This document shows, piece after piece, positions 49,197 through 59,592 of a stretch of 64,000 bases of DNA; within the stretch, counting starts at the first letter, position 1; each line of letters opens with the position of its first letter. The notes under the pieces are model-generated. The model was not told where the DNA came from. It made no database searches and saw only the letters and a list, made by a program, of their open reading frames with translations. The position numbers and the translations under genes were made by a program. Source of the stretch: Candidatus Enterousia sp. (GTDB lineage: Bacteria; Pseudomonadota; Alphaproteobacteria; Rs-D84); assembly GCA_045613785.1 (NCBI GenBank), contig JAZLBQ010000003.1:59536-123535 (forward strand), read 5' to 3'.

Positions 49197-50168
49197 TTAT
49201 CGGGCTACGTCGCCACTTAGTTTTTCGTGACAGATGTAATCTTTGAGAGTAAAGCCACCATCAGCATGCCAGTTTAGCATTCCGTTCCAGTTGTTGTCTG
49301 GGATAACAACAGTTGGTAGTTTTAACGGTTGGCGTTTTAGTTGTTGACCTACTTGTTGTAAGTGATTTTTATAGATGTGGGCGTCGTGAAATTCGCCTTT
49401 GAGTATGTGGGGCGTTAGGTTTGCTTCCTTGGCATATAACAACAATAATAGTGCATAACTGGCGATGTTGTATGGTATGCCCAAAAACATATCGCATGAA
49501 CGTTGTGTCCAAATCAAGGATAGTTTATTGTCACGGACAATCAGTTGGTGCATAATATGGCATGGAGGTAATGCCATTTGTGGCATATCAACTGGATTCC
49601 AGGCGGAAACAATTATTCTGCGGTCGTTTGGGGTGCTTTTTAGTTTTTCAATTGCGTTCGTAACCTGGTCTATGCCTGGTTTTTCTGGGTTGAAGTTGTC
49701 GGTTGGATTGCGTTCTATGCGTTCCAAATCCCATTGGTATTCACCTCCAAAATGTCGCCATTGAAATCCGTAAATTGGCCCTAAATCTCGTGTGTTGTCC
49801 ATGATAGAATTGCGGACAATTTGTTTTTGGGAATCGCTCAATTGTTGTGCGTTGTTGGATTCAAGCATGCCAATTTTAATATTGTATTCTTGTTCAACTT
49901 TAATTGGATTTGCCCATTCATTCCAGATTTTACAATTCCTGTCTTGTAACCATTTTTTGTCGGTAATTCCGTGCAGAAAAAATTCTAGTTCTGTTGCAAT
50001 GTTTTTTAATCCCATTTTTTTTGTTGTGACAAGGGGAAAACCATCAGACATATTGTGAACAAATGTTGCACCGTGCCCAAGTCCGATGTCGGGGATTCCT
50101 GTGCGGTTATTGCGAAATGTTGTGCAGCCATAGTAAATGTCGGCAAGGATATCAAGGTATGCTTTCAT
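49197..50168 (-). CDS. thyA: Thymidylate synthase
   Basis: RTG, LGPIYGFQWR, MALPPCH, QRSCD.FLG.PYN. Confidence 0.95.
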   Translation of the reverse strand: MKAYLDILADIYYGCTTFRNNRTGIPDIGLGHGATFVHNMSDGFPLVTTKKMGLKNIATELEFFLHGITDKKWLQDRNCKIWNEWANPIKVEQEYNIKIGMLESNNAQQLSDSQKQIVRNSIMDNTRDLGPIYGFQWRHFGGEYQWDLERIERNPTDNFNPEKPGIDQVTNAIEKLKSTPNDRRIIVSAWNPVDMPQMALPPCHIMHQLIVRDNKLSLIWTQRSCDMFLGIPYNIASYALLLLLYAKEANLTPHILKGEFHDAHIYKNHLQQVGQQLKRQPLKLPTVVIPDNNWNGMLNWHADGGFTLKDYICHEKLSGDVAR

Positions 50169-50226
50169 ATCGTTTCCTTTTTTTGTTTTTAAAAAAAAGG
50201 TGCACCGTTTGGTGCACCTGAAAGTC

Positions 50227-51534
50227 TTAGTGAGCGGATGCTTGGTTGAACAAGTCGTCTGCTTTGACTTTCTTTTCCTTGGTTTTAACCTGAGTTAGCA
50301 TTGTGTCCAAAGCCTTGCGTTCGAATAACATGCCACGCAACATTGCCAAGGCATTTTGATTCTTGTTATAGAATTCGAATATCTGTTTTGGATCTGGATA
50401 GCGTGCTGCTTCGGCCCAGATTGCTTGTTGCAGGTCGTCACGTGTGACTTCGACCTTGTTTTGTGTGCCCCATTCTGCCAAAATCAGACCTAATTTTACA
50501 CGGCGTTCTGCGTCCTTGCGTTCGGTTTTTTCGTCCCATTTGTGTTCGCATTTTGCATCACCACAGTGGGCGTGAGAACGGACGAATTAAGATTTTGCAA
50601 TTTCGTATTCTTGGTCAACCAATGTTTCTAGCAATTCTAATTTAACTTTATCAGCCAAAATGTCCAACAATTCGTTACGCATTTCACGTTGTGCAGCATC
50701 TGCGTATTGTTCGTTCAAGATGTTGCGGATGTGTTCTTTTAATGCGTCAATAGATTCTTGACCAACCTGCTTTGCCAATTCGTCATTCAGTTCTGGCAAA
50801 ATGTGTTTACGGATTTCGTGGATTTCAACTTCGAAACGTGCGTCCTGACCAGCCAAGTTTTCTGCGTGATATGTGTCAGGGAACTTTACATTGACATCAA
50901 ATTTGTCGCCAATTTTATGGCCGATGATTTGGTCTTCAAATCCTGGGATAAATGCACCAGAACCCAAAATCAGATGATGTTTTTTTGCTTCACCACCTTC
51001 GAATGCTGTGTCGCCAACAAAGCCCTTGAAATCGATAACAGCAACGTCGCCGTTTGCAGCGGCATACTTTTCATCTTGTTTTTCTGCAATGCTGCGTGAT
51101 TTGCGGATGTTTTCCAGGGCTGTTTCAACTTCAGCTTCGTCCAAGTCTGCAACTTTCTTGGTTACTGTGATTTTTTCCAAATCAATTGCAGGTAATGTTG
51201 GCAAAATATCAAATTCCATTGAATATTCTGCATCCTTACCAATTTCCCAGCCAGCCAGGTCAACTTTTGGAGTGCCTGCCAAGCGGATTTTTTTGTCTGC
51301 GATGTAGTTGTTTAAGTCTTTGTTCATCAAGTTGTCAATTGCTTCGCCATATGCAGATGCATTGTATTTCTGACGCAGAATTGATAAAGGAACTTTGCCC
51401 TGACGGAATCCAGCCATTTTAACTTTCTTGCCGTATTCCAGCAAAATTTCGTCTGCAGCAGCCTGCAAATCAGCGGCAGGTATTGTGCCGTTTACGGAAT
51501 AATGTAATTCTTTGATTTTTTCTTTTGTAAACAT
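50227..51534 (-). pseudogene. tig: Trigger factor interrupted by an in-frame TAA (50587-50589); true nonsense allele or sequence error
   Basis: GFRQGKVP, FKBP domain (FIPGFE); the frame continues past the stop into AERRVKLGLILAE and joins ORF 50227-50481. Confidence 0.85.
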
Positions 51535-51602
51535 TAGTCTTCCCCTGTTATATAGTAGAATTGCCCGGTGATTATACAATGTTTTTATATGAAAGCAATA
51601 AT

Positions 51603-51631
51603 AAAAAATCCCGCATTGGCGGGATTTTTTT
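51603..51631. terminator. Intrinsic terminator after rpsI
   Basis: AAAAAATCCCGC-ATTG-GCGGGATTTTTTT. Confidence 0.8.
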
Positions 51632-51647
51632 GTTTTCTTCCAAACGA

Positions 51648-52133
51648 TTAACGTTTTGAGAACTGTGTAGAACGACGTGCCTTGCGGAAACCGTAGTGTT
51701 TACGTTCAACAACACGGCTGTCACGGGTCAAGAAGCCAGCAGACTTCAATGCCGCACGCAATTCTGGTTCGACTTTTTCCAATGCCTTGGAAATACCGTG
51801 TTTAACTGCACCTGCCTGGCCAGATAAACCACCACCTTCGACCATAGCAACAATGTCGTATGATGTTTCACGGTTTGTAACACCAAAAGGTTGTGCAATA
51901 ATCATCTGCAATACTGCACGACGGAAGTATTCAGCCGCTGGTTTGCCATTGACGATGATGTTGCCTTTGCCTGGCATCAAATATACACGTGCAACAGAAT
52001 CTTTACGTTTGCCGGTTGCATATGTTGCGTCGTTTAATTTTGGTGCAACAACTGGTGCCTTTTTGGCAGCAGTTTTTTTCACTGTCGCAGTCTTTTTAAC
52101 TGTCTTTGCTGCAGTTTTCTTTGCTTCTGCCAT
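51648..52133 (-). CDS. rpsI: 30S ribosomal protein S9
   Basis: [21 protein letters not shown]. Confidence 0.97.
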   Translation of the reverse strand: MAEAKKTAAKTVKKTATVKKTAAKKAPVVAPKLNDATYATGKRKDSVARVYLMPGKGNIIVNGKPAAEYFRRAVLQMIIAQPFGVTNRETSYDIVAMVEGGGLSGQAGAVKHGISKALEKVEPELRAALKSAGFLTRDSRVVERKHYGFRKARRSTQFSKR

Positions 52134-52606
52134 TATTCGCCCCTTTTGTTCTTGCGGTTCAAGCTTGCGAAATCAATTGTTTCTGGTTTCTGAGCTTCGT
52201 GTTTGTGTTCTGAGCCTGCATAAACGTGCAGTTTTGTCAAACGCTGGTTTGCTAATGCAACAGCTGTGCGACGACCCATCATACGTTTTACTGCGTTGAA
52301 AACCAATTTTTCTGGTTTTTCAGAACGCATCTGACCCAATGTGCGAGATTTCAATGAACCTGTCCACAATGAATGCCAGAAGAAACGGTCTTTGTCTGCC
52401 TTGTGGCCAGACAATGCAACCTTGTCGGCGTTGATAATGATAACGTGGTCACCACAATCCATGTTTGGTGTCCATGTTGGCTTGTGCTTGCCACGCAGGA
52501 TGTTTGCGGTATATGCCGCCAAACGACCCAATGTGCAATCAGTTGCGTCAATCAGATACCATTTGGCTTCTAATTCGCACTTTTTTAACGATTTTGTCGC
52601 TGCCAT
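52133..52606 (-). CDS. rplM: 50S ribosomal protein L13
   Basis: LGRLA, GKHKP.WTP..DCGD, HEAQKP. Confidence 0.97.
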   Translation of the reverse strand: MAATKSLKKCELEAKWYLIDATDCTLGRLAAYTANILRGKHKPTWTPNMDCGDHVIIINADKVALSGHKADKDRFFWHSLWTGSLKSRTLGQMRSEKPEKLVFNAVKRMMGRRTAVALANQRLTKLHVYAGSEHKHEAQKPETIDFASLNRKNKRGE

Positions 52607-52745
52607 TTTTATTTTTCCTTGGTTTTTATTTGTTTTAGCGTGCGTATTATGACGCAAAGCCCCAGAAATGTCAAGAAAAAATGATATGGTATTATAATAC
52701 CCTATGTATAGTGGTCAAAAAAACGCCCGTTTTGGGCGTTCGGTT

Positions 52746-54026
52746 TTAGATCGGTAATACTACCCTGACCCGCAGGCCGCCAAAGTCGCTGTCTTCCAAG
52801 AAGATTTGGCCACCGTGATTCTCTATCGCTGTTTGGGCAATGGATAAGCCTAGCCCTGTGCCACCAGTGTCTGTGCCACGAGCGTCGTCCAAGCGAACAA
52901 ATGGACGCATTGCGTCGGCTTTGCGGTCGTCTGGAATGCCTGGGCCGTCGTCTTCGATGATTATTTCGACGTGGTCGTCAAAGTCGTGTTCGCTGATTTT
53001 TAGACGTCTGTTCGCATAACGTGCAGCGTTTTCAATGATGTTGCTAAATGCACGAGCCAATGCCATTGGACGAGCATAGAATTGAACCGGTGTTTCGGGA
53101 AAGTCGGTCAATATTTTTTTGTCTGGGGCGGCATCACGGGCAATGCGGGTCAGCATTGGTGGGAGTTCTGTCGCCTGCTCTATTTCTGGGGTTTCGCCAC
53201 GGGCAAATGCCAGATAGCCATTGACCATTTCTGTCATTCTGTCAATGTCGTGAATTAAATCGTCAGGGGTTGAGGTTTGGGTTTCAATCGCCAGACGCAT
53301 ACGGGTCAAAGGTGCTTTTAGGTCGTGGCTGACCGCATTTAACATATCTGTGCGGGTGCGATTATAACGATCCAAACGTTCCTTCATTGTTATCATTGAA
53401 GTGGCGGCCTCACGGATTTCTTTTGAACCTGTTGGAACAAAACCTGGTGCGTCTAGTCCACGGCCAAAGCGACTGGCAGCACGTGCAATCCGACGAATGC
53501 TGCGTGTGTGCATAATGATAAATGGGGCAATCAAAATTGATACAATCAATATTGAACCAAGCAGCCAGATGATAAAGACTTCTGTGCTGGTAGAGTAGAT
53601 TCTGTATAGTGATGTTCCAAATGTTGCAATCTGGTCGTTTCGGGTTGGAACGTCAATATATACCAAACGTTTATCACGGTCAGTGTAAATCTTGGCACGA
53701 CGGTTAAGGCGTTTCGATAATTCTGATGCCAATTTCCCAGTTTCACGGGCGTGATTGTCGTCGTGTTTTGGACGGTTTAATTTTTCGTGAAATGTTACGT
53801 TGATTCCAATGTCTTGAGCCATTTTTTCAACGGATTCTGTGTCGCCTTCGTCAATAAAATTGGTCATAGTTGCAATTTCGCCTGCCAATGTTCGGGCAAG
53901 TGTGTCGTGAACACGTGACCAGTGATTCCCAAAAAATGCGTTTGCAACAATCACCTGGGCAATGACCAAGGGAATTAAAATCATTAAAATTGTTCGCCAT
54001 AAAAAACTGCGTGGTGTCAATCTCAT
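52746..54026 (-). CDS. EnvZ-like sensor histidine kinase
   Basis: Two TMs, HAMP, SHDLKAPL H-box, N/G1/F/G2 boxes. Confidence 0.92.
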   Translation of the reverse strand: MRLTPRSFLWRTILMILIPLVIAQVIVANAFFGNHWSRVHDTLARTLAGEIATMTNFIDEGDTESVEKMAQDIGINVTFHEKLNRPKHDDNHARETGKLASELSKRLNRRAKIYTDRDKRLVYIDVPTRNDQIATFGTSLYRIYSTSTEVFIIWLLGSILIVSILIAPFIIMHTRSIRRIARAASRFGRGLDAPGFVPTGSKEIREAATSMITMKERLDRYNRTRTDMLNAVSHDLKAPLTRMRLAIETQTSTPDDLIHDIDRMTEMVNGYLAFARGETPEIEQATELPPMLTRIARDAAPDKKILTDFPETPVQFYARPMALARAFSNIIENAARYANRRLKISEHDFDDHVEIIIEDDGPGIPDDRKADAMRPFVRLDDARGTDTGGTGLGLSIAQTAIENHGGQIFLEDSDFGGLRVRVVLPI

Positions 54027-54043
54027 TTTTTTGTCCCTATTTT

Positions 54044-54685
54044 TTAGTTTGTGGGGGTGTTTGTATCGACCAGTTTATAGCCCTGCCCCCGAATTGTTAT
54101 TATGTCTAGGTTAGATAATACAATATTTAATTTGTTCCGCAAGCGTTTTGCAACCATCGGTGCAGCTGGGGCAATATTGCCAATGGGTGTTGTCAAAAGG
54201 TGCAAAAGTCGTTTTTCTTCGCCAGATAAAGATAATAATTTTGCTGTGGAATTTGGTTGTTGGATAAAGAATTCGTCGTCGTTATAAATCAGTCCACTTG
54301 GCATTTTTGTGGTCGCTGTATTGCTGTTTTTTATTATGTTGTTCAGACGAAGAATCAATTCCTGAATTTGAAAAGGTTTTGCCAAATAGTCGTTTGCCCC
54401 AGCGGTTAAACCGGATATTGCATTTTCAGAGCCTGCCAATGCAGTCAGCATAATTGTTGGGGTTGTGTTTCCTGATTGGCGTAATTGTTGAAGAAATGTT
54501 AGACCGTCAAGTCCAGTCATCATTCTGTCCAAAACCAGGGCGTCAACCGTGATGCGTTCTAGAATTTGTGTGGCCTGTTCAGCAGAATTTGCAGTCAAAA
54601 CATTGAAGTTAGATGCACGAAGACCGTGGGCTAATGCTCGTCGTAGAATATCGTCGTCGTCAATGATAAGAACGGTTTTGTTCAT
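54044..54685 (-). CDS. OmpR family response regulator
   Basis: IIDDD, LDRMM, GANDY.AKPF, TIRGQGY. Confidence 0.9.
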   Translation of the reverse strand: MNKTVLIIDDDDILRRALAHGLRASNFNVLTANSAEQATQILERITVDALVLDRMMTGLDGLTFLQQLRQSGNTTPTIMLTALAGSENAISGLTAGANDYLAKPFQIQELILRLNNIIKNSNTATTKMPSGLIYNDDEFFIQQPNSTAKLLSLSGEEKRLLHLLTTPIGNIAPAAPMVAKRLRNKLNIVLSNLDIITIRGQGYKLVDTNTPTN

Positions 54686-54702
54686 TATTTAGAAAGAGCA
54701 CC

Positions 54703-55623
54703 TTATTTTTTTAATGGTTCGACAGCATATTCACCAGGTTGAATTGTTCGCATTGCGTTGTTTGACCCCATCATATCTTCTTCGTATGAAGTTGCACGGT
54801 ATTGCAGGCTGTTTGTCGCAAATTCTGTTTTGAATAATGCGTATCCTGTGCCCCCACCTGTGGTTGGACCTTGCATGCCAAGCGAATAATAGCCACCCAA
54901 AATGCCATAGTCTAGGTCAATGTAGTCTAGGCTGACAATCAGTGAAACACTGCTGATTCCATCACTGGTCATGTTGCAGGCAAATTCACGGTTTGACAAG
55001 ACTGCTTCGGAATTGACAGGAACCATCAAATCCATAACAGTTGGTTCGCAAACACGGTCAATGCCATTTACCAAAAATTCATAAGTCATACCGACGGTCG
55101 CCTTGGACAAGCCTGTCGAAACGCTGACCTGGGAAATTGTGGCCTTGGGAATTTTAACCATTGCGTTTGCAATGCCACTGCGGACAGGAAATGAAATCCC
55201 AGATTGCAGGCAATCACGTGAAAATGGGTCGGCTTCACAAATATAAACACGTGAGTGGGCGTTCATCATGAACGTGTTGGCTAAACTGTTGAACAAAAAT
55301 GATCGTGTAATACGGTCGTTCAAACGGGTGCAACCAAAATTACGGCAAATTACCATTGGTTTGTCCGCAAACATAACACCAGGATGTGCGTTTGATTCAG
55401 CCTTGCGTGCGTCAATTATGTTCTGGTCATAGTCTAGACTGTCTGTGCGTTCCATAAATTCTGTTTCTGGAACAAAATTTGGATCTTCTGGATACGCATA
55501 ATATGACTGAACAGGTGTTTCAGTGTATATTGTTTGAAATTCTTCGACGATTTCTTGGTTCGCAGCCAGGGCAGAATATCCACAGAATACAGCGAAAATA
55601 GCCAGCAATGGTTTTTTTGACAT
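54703..55623 (-). CDS. Secreted hypothetical protein
   Basis: Signal peptide (ALA|A), 6 Cys in the mature part. Confidence 0.75.
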   Translation of the reverse strand: MSKKPLLAIFAVFCGYSALAANQEIVEEFQTIYTETPVQSYYAYPEDPNFVPETEFMERTDSLDYDQNIIDARKAESNAHPGVMFADKPMVICRNFGCTRLNDRITRSFLFNSLANTFMMNAHSRVYICEADPFSRDCLQSGISFPVRSGIANAMVKIPKATISQVSVSTGLSKATVGMTYEFLVNGIDRVCEPTVMDLMVPVNSEAVLSNREFACNMTSDGISSVSLIVSLDYIDLDYGILGGYYSLGMQGPTTGGGTGYALFKTEFATNSLQYRATSYEEDMMGSNNAMRTIQPGEYAVEPLKK

Positions 55624-55757
55624 AATGAAGCCTTTAGTTCTCTTGGGTAAATATTAGAACATTTTAGATAATTGTGTAAAGTGAAAATTTTTTATTGAAA
55701 ATTGATGCTCGTTTGTTCTAACGTTTATCTCGAAATAATATAGAAAGGTGGAATAAT

Positions 55758-56417
55758 ATGGTTGATCTTATAATATCTGGCGAATCCGGCAAGTTGCATG
55801 CGGTGTATCATAAATCTGCAACGCCTTCCGCACCGTTGGCGGTTGTGTTGTCGGGAAATCCTAGACAAAAATATCATATGAATGACCGGGTTTCTTATGC
55901 TATGTTCCGTGCGTTTATGGATATTGGTTTTTCAGTGGTGCGTTTCAATTATCGTGGGGTCGGTGATTCCGAAGGCGTAATTGGAACTACGTCTGAAAAT
56001 ATGCTGGATATTGCAACTGTGATTGACTGGATTCAAAACCATAATGAAGATAGTGAAAAAATTTGGTTGGCAGGTCATCAACTGGGGGCATGGTATGTTT
56101 TGCAGGCAATGATGCGTCGCCCGGAAGTTTCTGGATTCGCATTGGTGTCGCCTGATTCTTCGGTGTCTGATTTTGCGTTCTTGTCGCCACGACCAAACCG
56201 TGGCTTGTTGTTGCAGGGGGCGGCTGAATCTGATGATGCACGTGCATTCGCAACGCATTTGACACAGGTCTTGAAAAAACAGGCTCAGATTGATTTGGAA
56301 ACTATTCGTGTCAAAGGGGCTGATGCAATGTATAGCCAGCCTGCTGATTTGCGTCAGATGTATAATGATTTGAAAGCGTATGTAGGACGTGAAAACGAAG
56401 AAGCAAAGTTGTTGTAA
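55758..56417 (+). CDS. Alpha/beta hydrolase-fold protein (COG2945-like), catalytic residues replaced
   Basis: [24 protein letters not shown]; nucleophile elbow reads GHQLG. Confidence 0.8.
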   Translation: MVDLIISGESGKLHAVYHKSATPSAPLAVVLSGNPRQKYHMNDRVSYAMFRAFMDIGFSVVRFNYRGVGDSEGVIGTTSENMLDIATVIDWIQNHNEDSEKIWLAGHQLGAWYVLQAMMRRPEVSGFALVSPDSSVSDFAFLSPRPNRGLLLQGAAESDDARAFATHLTQVLKKQAQIDLETIRVKGADAMYSQPADLRQMYNDLKAYVGRENEEAKLL

Positions 56418-56419
56418 TT

Positions 56420-57409
56420 ATGCAAAATAAAGAACGATTTTTAGATGCAAATATCCCAGATGATATTGCTGCGACGATTCGTCCCAGATCGCTGAATGAT
56501 TTTATTGGACATGACAGTCTGAAACAGAATTTGTCTGTGTTTGTGTCGGGGGCAAAAAACCGTGGCGAAGCAATGGATCATGTGTTGTTGTATGGTCCTC
56601 CGGGGTTGGGAAAAACCACATTGGCACATATTGTCGCAAATGAATTAGGAACTAATTTTCGGGCAACGTCTGCACCAATGTTGACCAAACAAGGTGATTT
56701 GGCGGCGATTTTGACGGCATTAGAACCGATGGATGTGTTGTTTATTGACGAAATTCATCGTCTGCCAACAGCAATCGAAGAAGTTTTGTATTCTGCAATG
56801 GAAGATTTCAAGTTGGATATTATGCTGGGCGAAGGACCAAGTGCAAAAAGTGTTCGGATTGACCTGCCCCCGTTTACGTTGGTTGGGGCAACAACACGAA
56901 CAGGATTGTTGTCAAACCCATTGCGTGATAGATTTGGAATTGATTTGCGATTGACGTTTTATGGACCAGAAGATTTAGCCAGGATTATTATGCGAAGTGC
57001 AAATATCTTGGGAACGCCAATTGATGCAGATGGGGCATTGATGCTGGCACGTTCGTCCCGTGGAACGCCACGTATTGCAAACAGATTATTAAAGCGTGCA
57101 AGGGATTTTGCAGCGGCGTTAAACCGAGATCAAATTACAGCAGATACAATAAAAACTACTTTGTTTCAGTTGCATATTGATGAGTCTGGATTAGATGAAA
57201 TCGACCGGGAATATATGAATATGATTATAAAATTCTATGCTGGTGGACCTGTTGGAATTGAGAATCTGGCGGCCGCATTGTCTGAACCAAGCGATACGAT
57301 TGAAGATGTAATTGAACCCTATTTGATGCAGTTGGGCTTTGTTCAGAGAACACCACGTGGTCGTGTTATAACAGAGGCAGGATATCGACATCTGGGATTG
57401 GAGAAATAA
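56420..57409 (+). CDS. ruvB: Holliday junction helicase RuvB
   Basis: [34 protein letters not shown]. Confidence 0.97.
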   Translation: MQNKERFLDANIPDDIAATIRPRSLNDFIGHDSLKQNLSVFVSGAKNRGEAMDHVLLYGPPGLGKTTLAHIVANELGTNFRATSAPMLTKQGDLAAILTALEPMDVLFIDEIHRLPTAIEEVLYSAMEDFKLDIMLGEGPSAKSVRIDLPPFTLVGATTRTGLLSNPLRDRFGIDLRLTFYGPEDLARIIMRSANILGTPIDADGALMLARSSRGTPRIANRLLKRARDFAAALNRDQITADTIKTTLFQLHIDESGLDEIDREYMNMIIKFYAGGPVGIENLAAALSEPSDTIEDVIEPYLMQLGFVQRTPRGRVITEAGYRHLGLEK

Positions 57410-57414
57410 GCTTT

Positions 57415-57789
57415 ATGAAAGTGCATAAATTCCCCTTTACAATTGCATATGCAGATACTGATGCCGAAGGTATTGTTTATCATGCTCGTTATTTGGAGAT
57501 TGCAGAACGTGCCAGAATGAACTGGTTGTGCGGTAAACTGAATCTGGGGGAAGATGTTGGCTTTGTCGTTCGTGAATTGAATATCAAATATATTCAACCT
57601 TTGCTGGTTGCTGATAATGTTGTCGTTGAAACAAAAATGACAGATGTTGGGGCGGCGGTTGTAAAAATTGAGCAAAAATTCGTGAAAGATGAGACGGTTT
57701 ATGCTATAATAAATTTGAAAGTTGCGTATTTGGGGGCAAATATGCGTCCAAAAAGAATACCTGCCGAATTTATTAAGGCGTTGATGTGA
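57415..57789 (+). CDS. ybgC: YbgC/FadM acyl-CoA thioesterase
   Basis: DTDAEGIVYHARYL...ERAR; position between ruvB and tolQ. Confidence 0.9.
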   Translation: MKVHKFPFTIAYADTDAEGIVYHARYLEIAERARMNWLCGKLNLGEDVGFVVRELNIKYIQPLLVADNVVVETKMTDVGAAVVKIEQKFVKDETVYAIINLKVAYLGANMRPKRIPAEFIKALM

Positions 57790-57817
57790 AAAAATAGTAA
57801 AGAAAAGGAATGGAAAG

Positions 57818-58309
57818 ATGGGAAATAATTTTTCTTTGTTGAGTTTGTTTACCGGCGATTTGATGACAGTTTTTTGTTCGTTGGTATTGGTGACTTTTAG
57901 TGTCTTGTCGTGGACGGTTATTATTGAAAAATTTCGCTTGTGGCGTATGGTGAAAAGGAATCCTGTTAAATTAAAGCCAACAGATAATTTAGATGTGGTG
58001 GTTGAACGCTTGGTTCGCCCATTTGATAAGAATTTGTGGTTCTTGTCTATGGTTGCGTATATTTCGCCATTTATTGGTCTGTTCGGCACTGTATGGGGGG
58101 TTATGGATTCTTTTGCGTCAATTGGCATAAATCAATCTGTTAGTATTGGTGTTATTGCACCAGGGTTGGCAGTTGCATTGGGAACAACTGCGTTGGGATT
58201 GATTGCAGCGGTGCCTGCGGCGATTGCTCATCAGTATTTTGCAAAAAAAGCGGATGATTTGTATGACCGTCTGGACGATGCTCGTAAAGAAATGGTTTCA
58301 AAAAAATAA
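57818..58309 (+). CDS. tolQ: TolQ (MotA/TolQ/ExbB family), short form
   Basis: SPFIGLFGTVWG, APG, TALGL.AAVPA. Confidence 0.88.
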   Translation: MGNNFSLLSLFTGDLMTVFCSLVLVTFSVLSWTVIIEKFRLWRMVKRNPVKLKPTDNLDVVVERLVRPFDKNLWFLSMVAYISPFIGLFGTVWGVMDSFASIGINQSVSIGVIAPGLAVALGTTALGLIAAVPAAIAHQYFAKKADDLYDRLDDARKEMVSKK

Positions 58310-58320
58310 GGGGTTGAAAA

Positions 58321-58719
58321 ATGGCTCGTGTTCGGCGAAGACAGTCTGATGCAGGAATTCAATTGACCCCAATGATTGACGTAATGACGGTGTTGTTGGC
58401 GGTCTTTATGGTGACGACTCCAATGATGACAACGGGAATTGATTTGGAGCTGCCTCGTGCGGGGGCGTCTGCAATGACAGGAAATGATCATGCTATTCAG
58501 ATTAGCGTTGATTCGAAAGGTCGCTATTTTCTAAGCGAAGTGGAATTGCCACGTGAAGAGGTTGTAAAACGGGCAATCGCAATGCGTGGCGAAAATCCAA
58601 ATCTGACCATTATGATAAACGGTGATACACATGCGGACTATGGTGCGGTCATGGCAATGATGGGCAGTTTGAAAGATGTTGGATTTCAAAAGGTTGGATT
58701 AAGGACTCAACCGGAGTAA
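58321..58719 (+). CDS. tolR: TolR (ExbD/TolR family)
   Basis: TPMIDVM.VLL.VFMVT; GD...YG.V. Confidence 0.88.
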   Translation: MARVRRRQSDAGIQLTPMIDVMTVLLAVFMVTTPMMTTGIDLELPRAGASAMTGNDHAIQISVDSKGRYFLSEVELPREEVVKRAIAMRGENPNLTIMINGDTHADYGAVMAMMGSLKDVGFQKVGLRTQPE

Positions 58720-58725
58720 TCGATA

Positions 58726-59547
58726 ATGAGTAAGTGGTGGCGACAATTTTCATCGGAAAATTTGTTGATGTCTGTTGGTGGGCACTTGGCTTTGGTTGCA
58801 ATTATGATAACTTCGTTTGTTGTCGTTGTAAATCGTGCCCAGTTGGTCGCTCCGGACAGAATTCAAATTATGGAAATTGATTTGAATGACGTTGTGGTTT
58901 CGGGTGATGAAACAAAATTGTATAATGTTGGTAATGTCGCACCTGAAAAACCAGAAGAGCCAGAACCTGCCCCAGTTGCAGAGCCAACTAAGCAAGAACC
59001 AGAACTGGACAAAGAAGAACCAGAAGAAGTTGAAATAGAAGAACCAACGTTGATTGAAGAAAAACAACCAGAACCAGAGCCAGAACCAGAACCTGTGCCA
59101 GAACCCGAAAAAAAAGAGCCAGAAAAAAAGAAGGTGGCAGAGGTAAAAGAGTCAAAACCAGTAGAACCAGCACCTGCCCCGAAAAAGAAAAAAATTGTTA
59201 GGGTAAATCGTGAGGTTTTATCTTTGGAACGGACTTTGACTGTTTCTGTGGTTGATGCGTTGCGGGTTGCGATGACTAGGTGCTGGGTCATAGATACCAA
59301 ACGCCCAGATATTGCTGATATTCGTGCAGTGGCACATTTGACGATGCGAAAAAATGGAACTGTTCGTGATGTTTGGTTTGAGTCCGCAGCACGTGCGGAT
59401 ACTGATCCAGCATTTTCATACGTTTTGGAAACTATTCGGGCGGCAATCAATGTTTGTCAGCCGTTCAGAATGTTGCCAGTAAATGAATTTGAAAAATGGG
59501 AGAAAATTCAGCTGACTTTTTATCCTACACAGGGTAAGGTTATGTAA
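58726..59547 (+). CDS. tolA: TolA/TonB-like protein
   Basis: N-terminal TM with S...H motif, (EP)n linker, C-terminal RCW...C.PF domain. Confidence 0.75.
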   Translation: MSKWWRQFSSENLLMSVGGHLALVAIMITSFVVVVNRAQLVAPDRIQIMEIDLNDVVVSGDETKLYNVGNVAPEKPEEPEPAPVAEPTKQEPELDKEEPEEVEIEEPTLIEEKQPEPEPEPEPVPEPEKKEPEKKKVAEVKESKPVEPAPAPKKKKIVRVNREVLSLERTLTVSVVDALRVAMTRCWVIDTKRPDIADIRAVAHLTMRKNGTVRDVWFESAARADTDPAFSYVLETIRAAINVCQPFRMLPVNEFEKWEKIQLTFYPTQGKVM

Positions 59548-59592
59548 ATTTTGTGGGCCGGCGGCGGAGAGAGAAAAACCAAAGGCAAAAAA

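Noticed and set aside
50587-50589. Stop-codon reassignment explaining the tig TAA
   Set aside because: TAA terminates many clear genes here (uvrA, leuS, ruvB), and no other in-frame stops were seen
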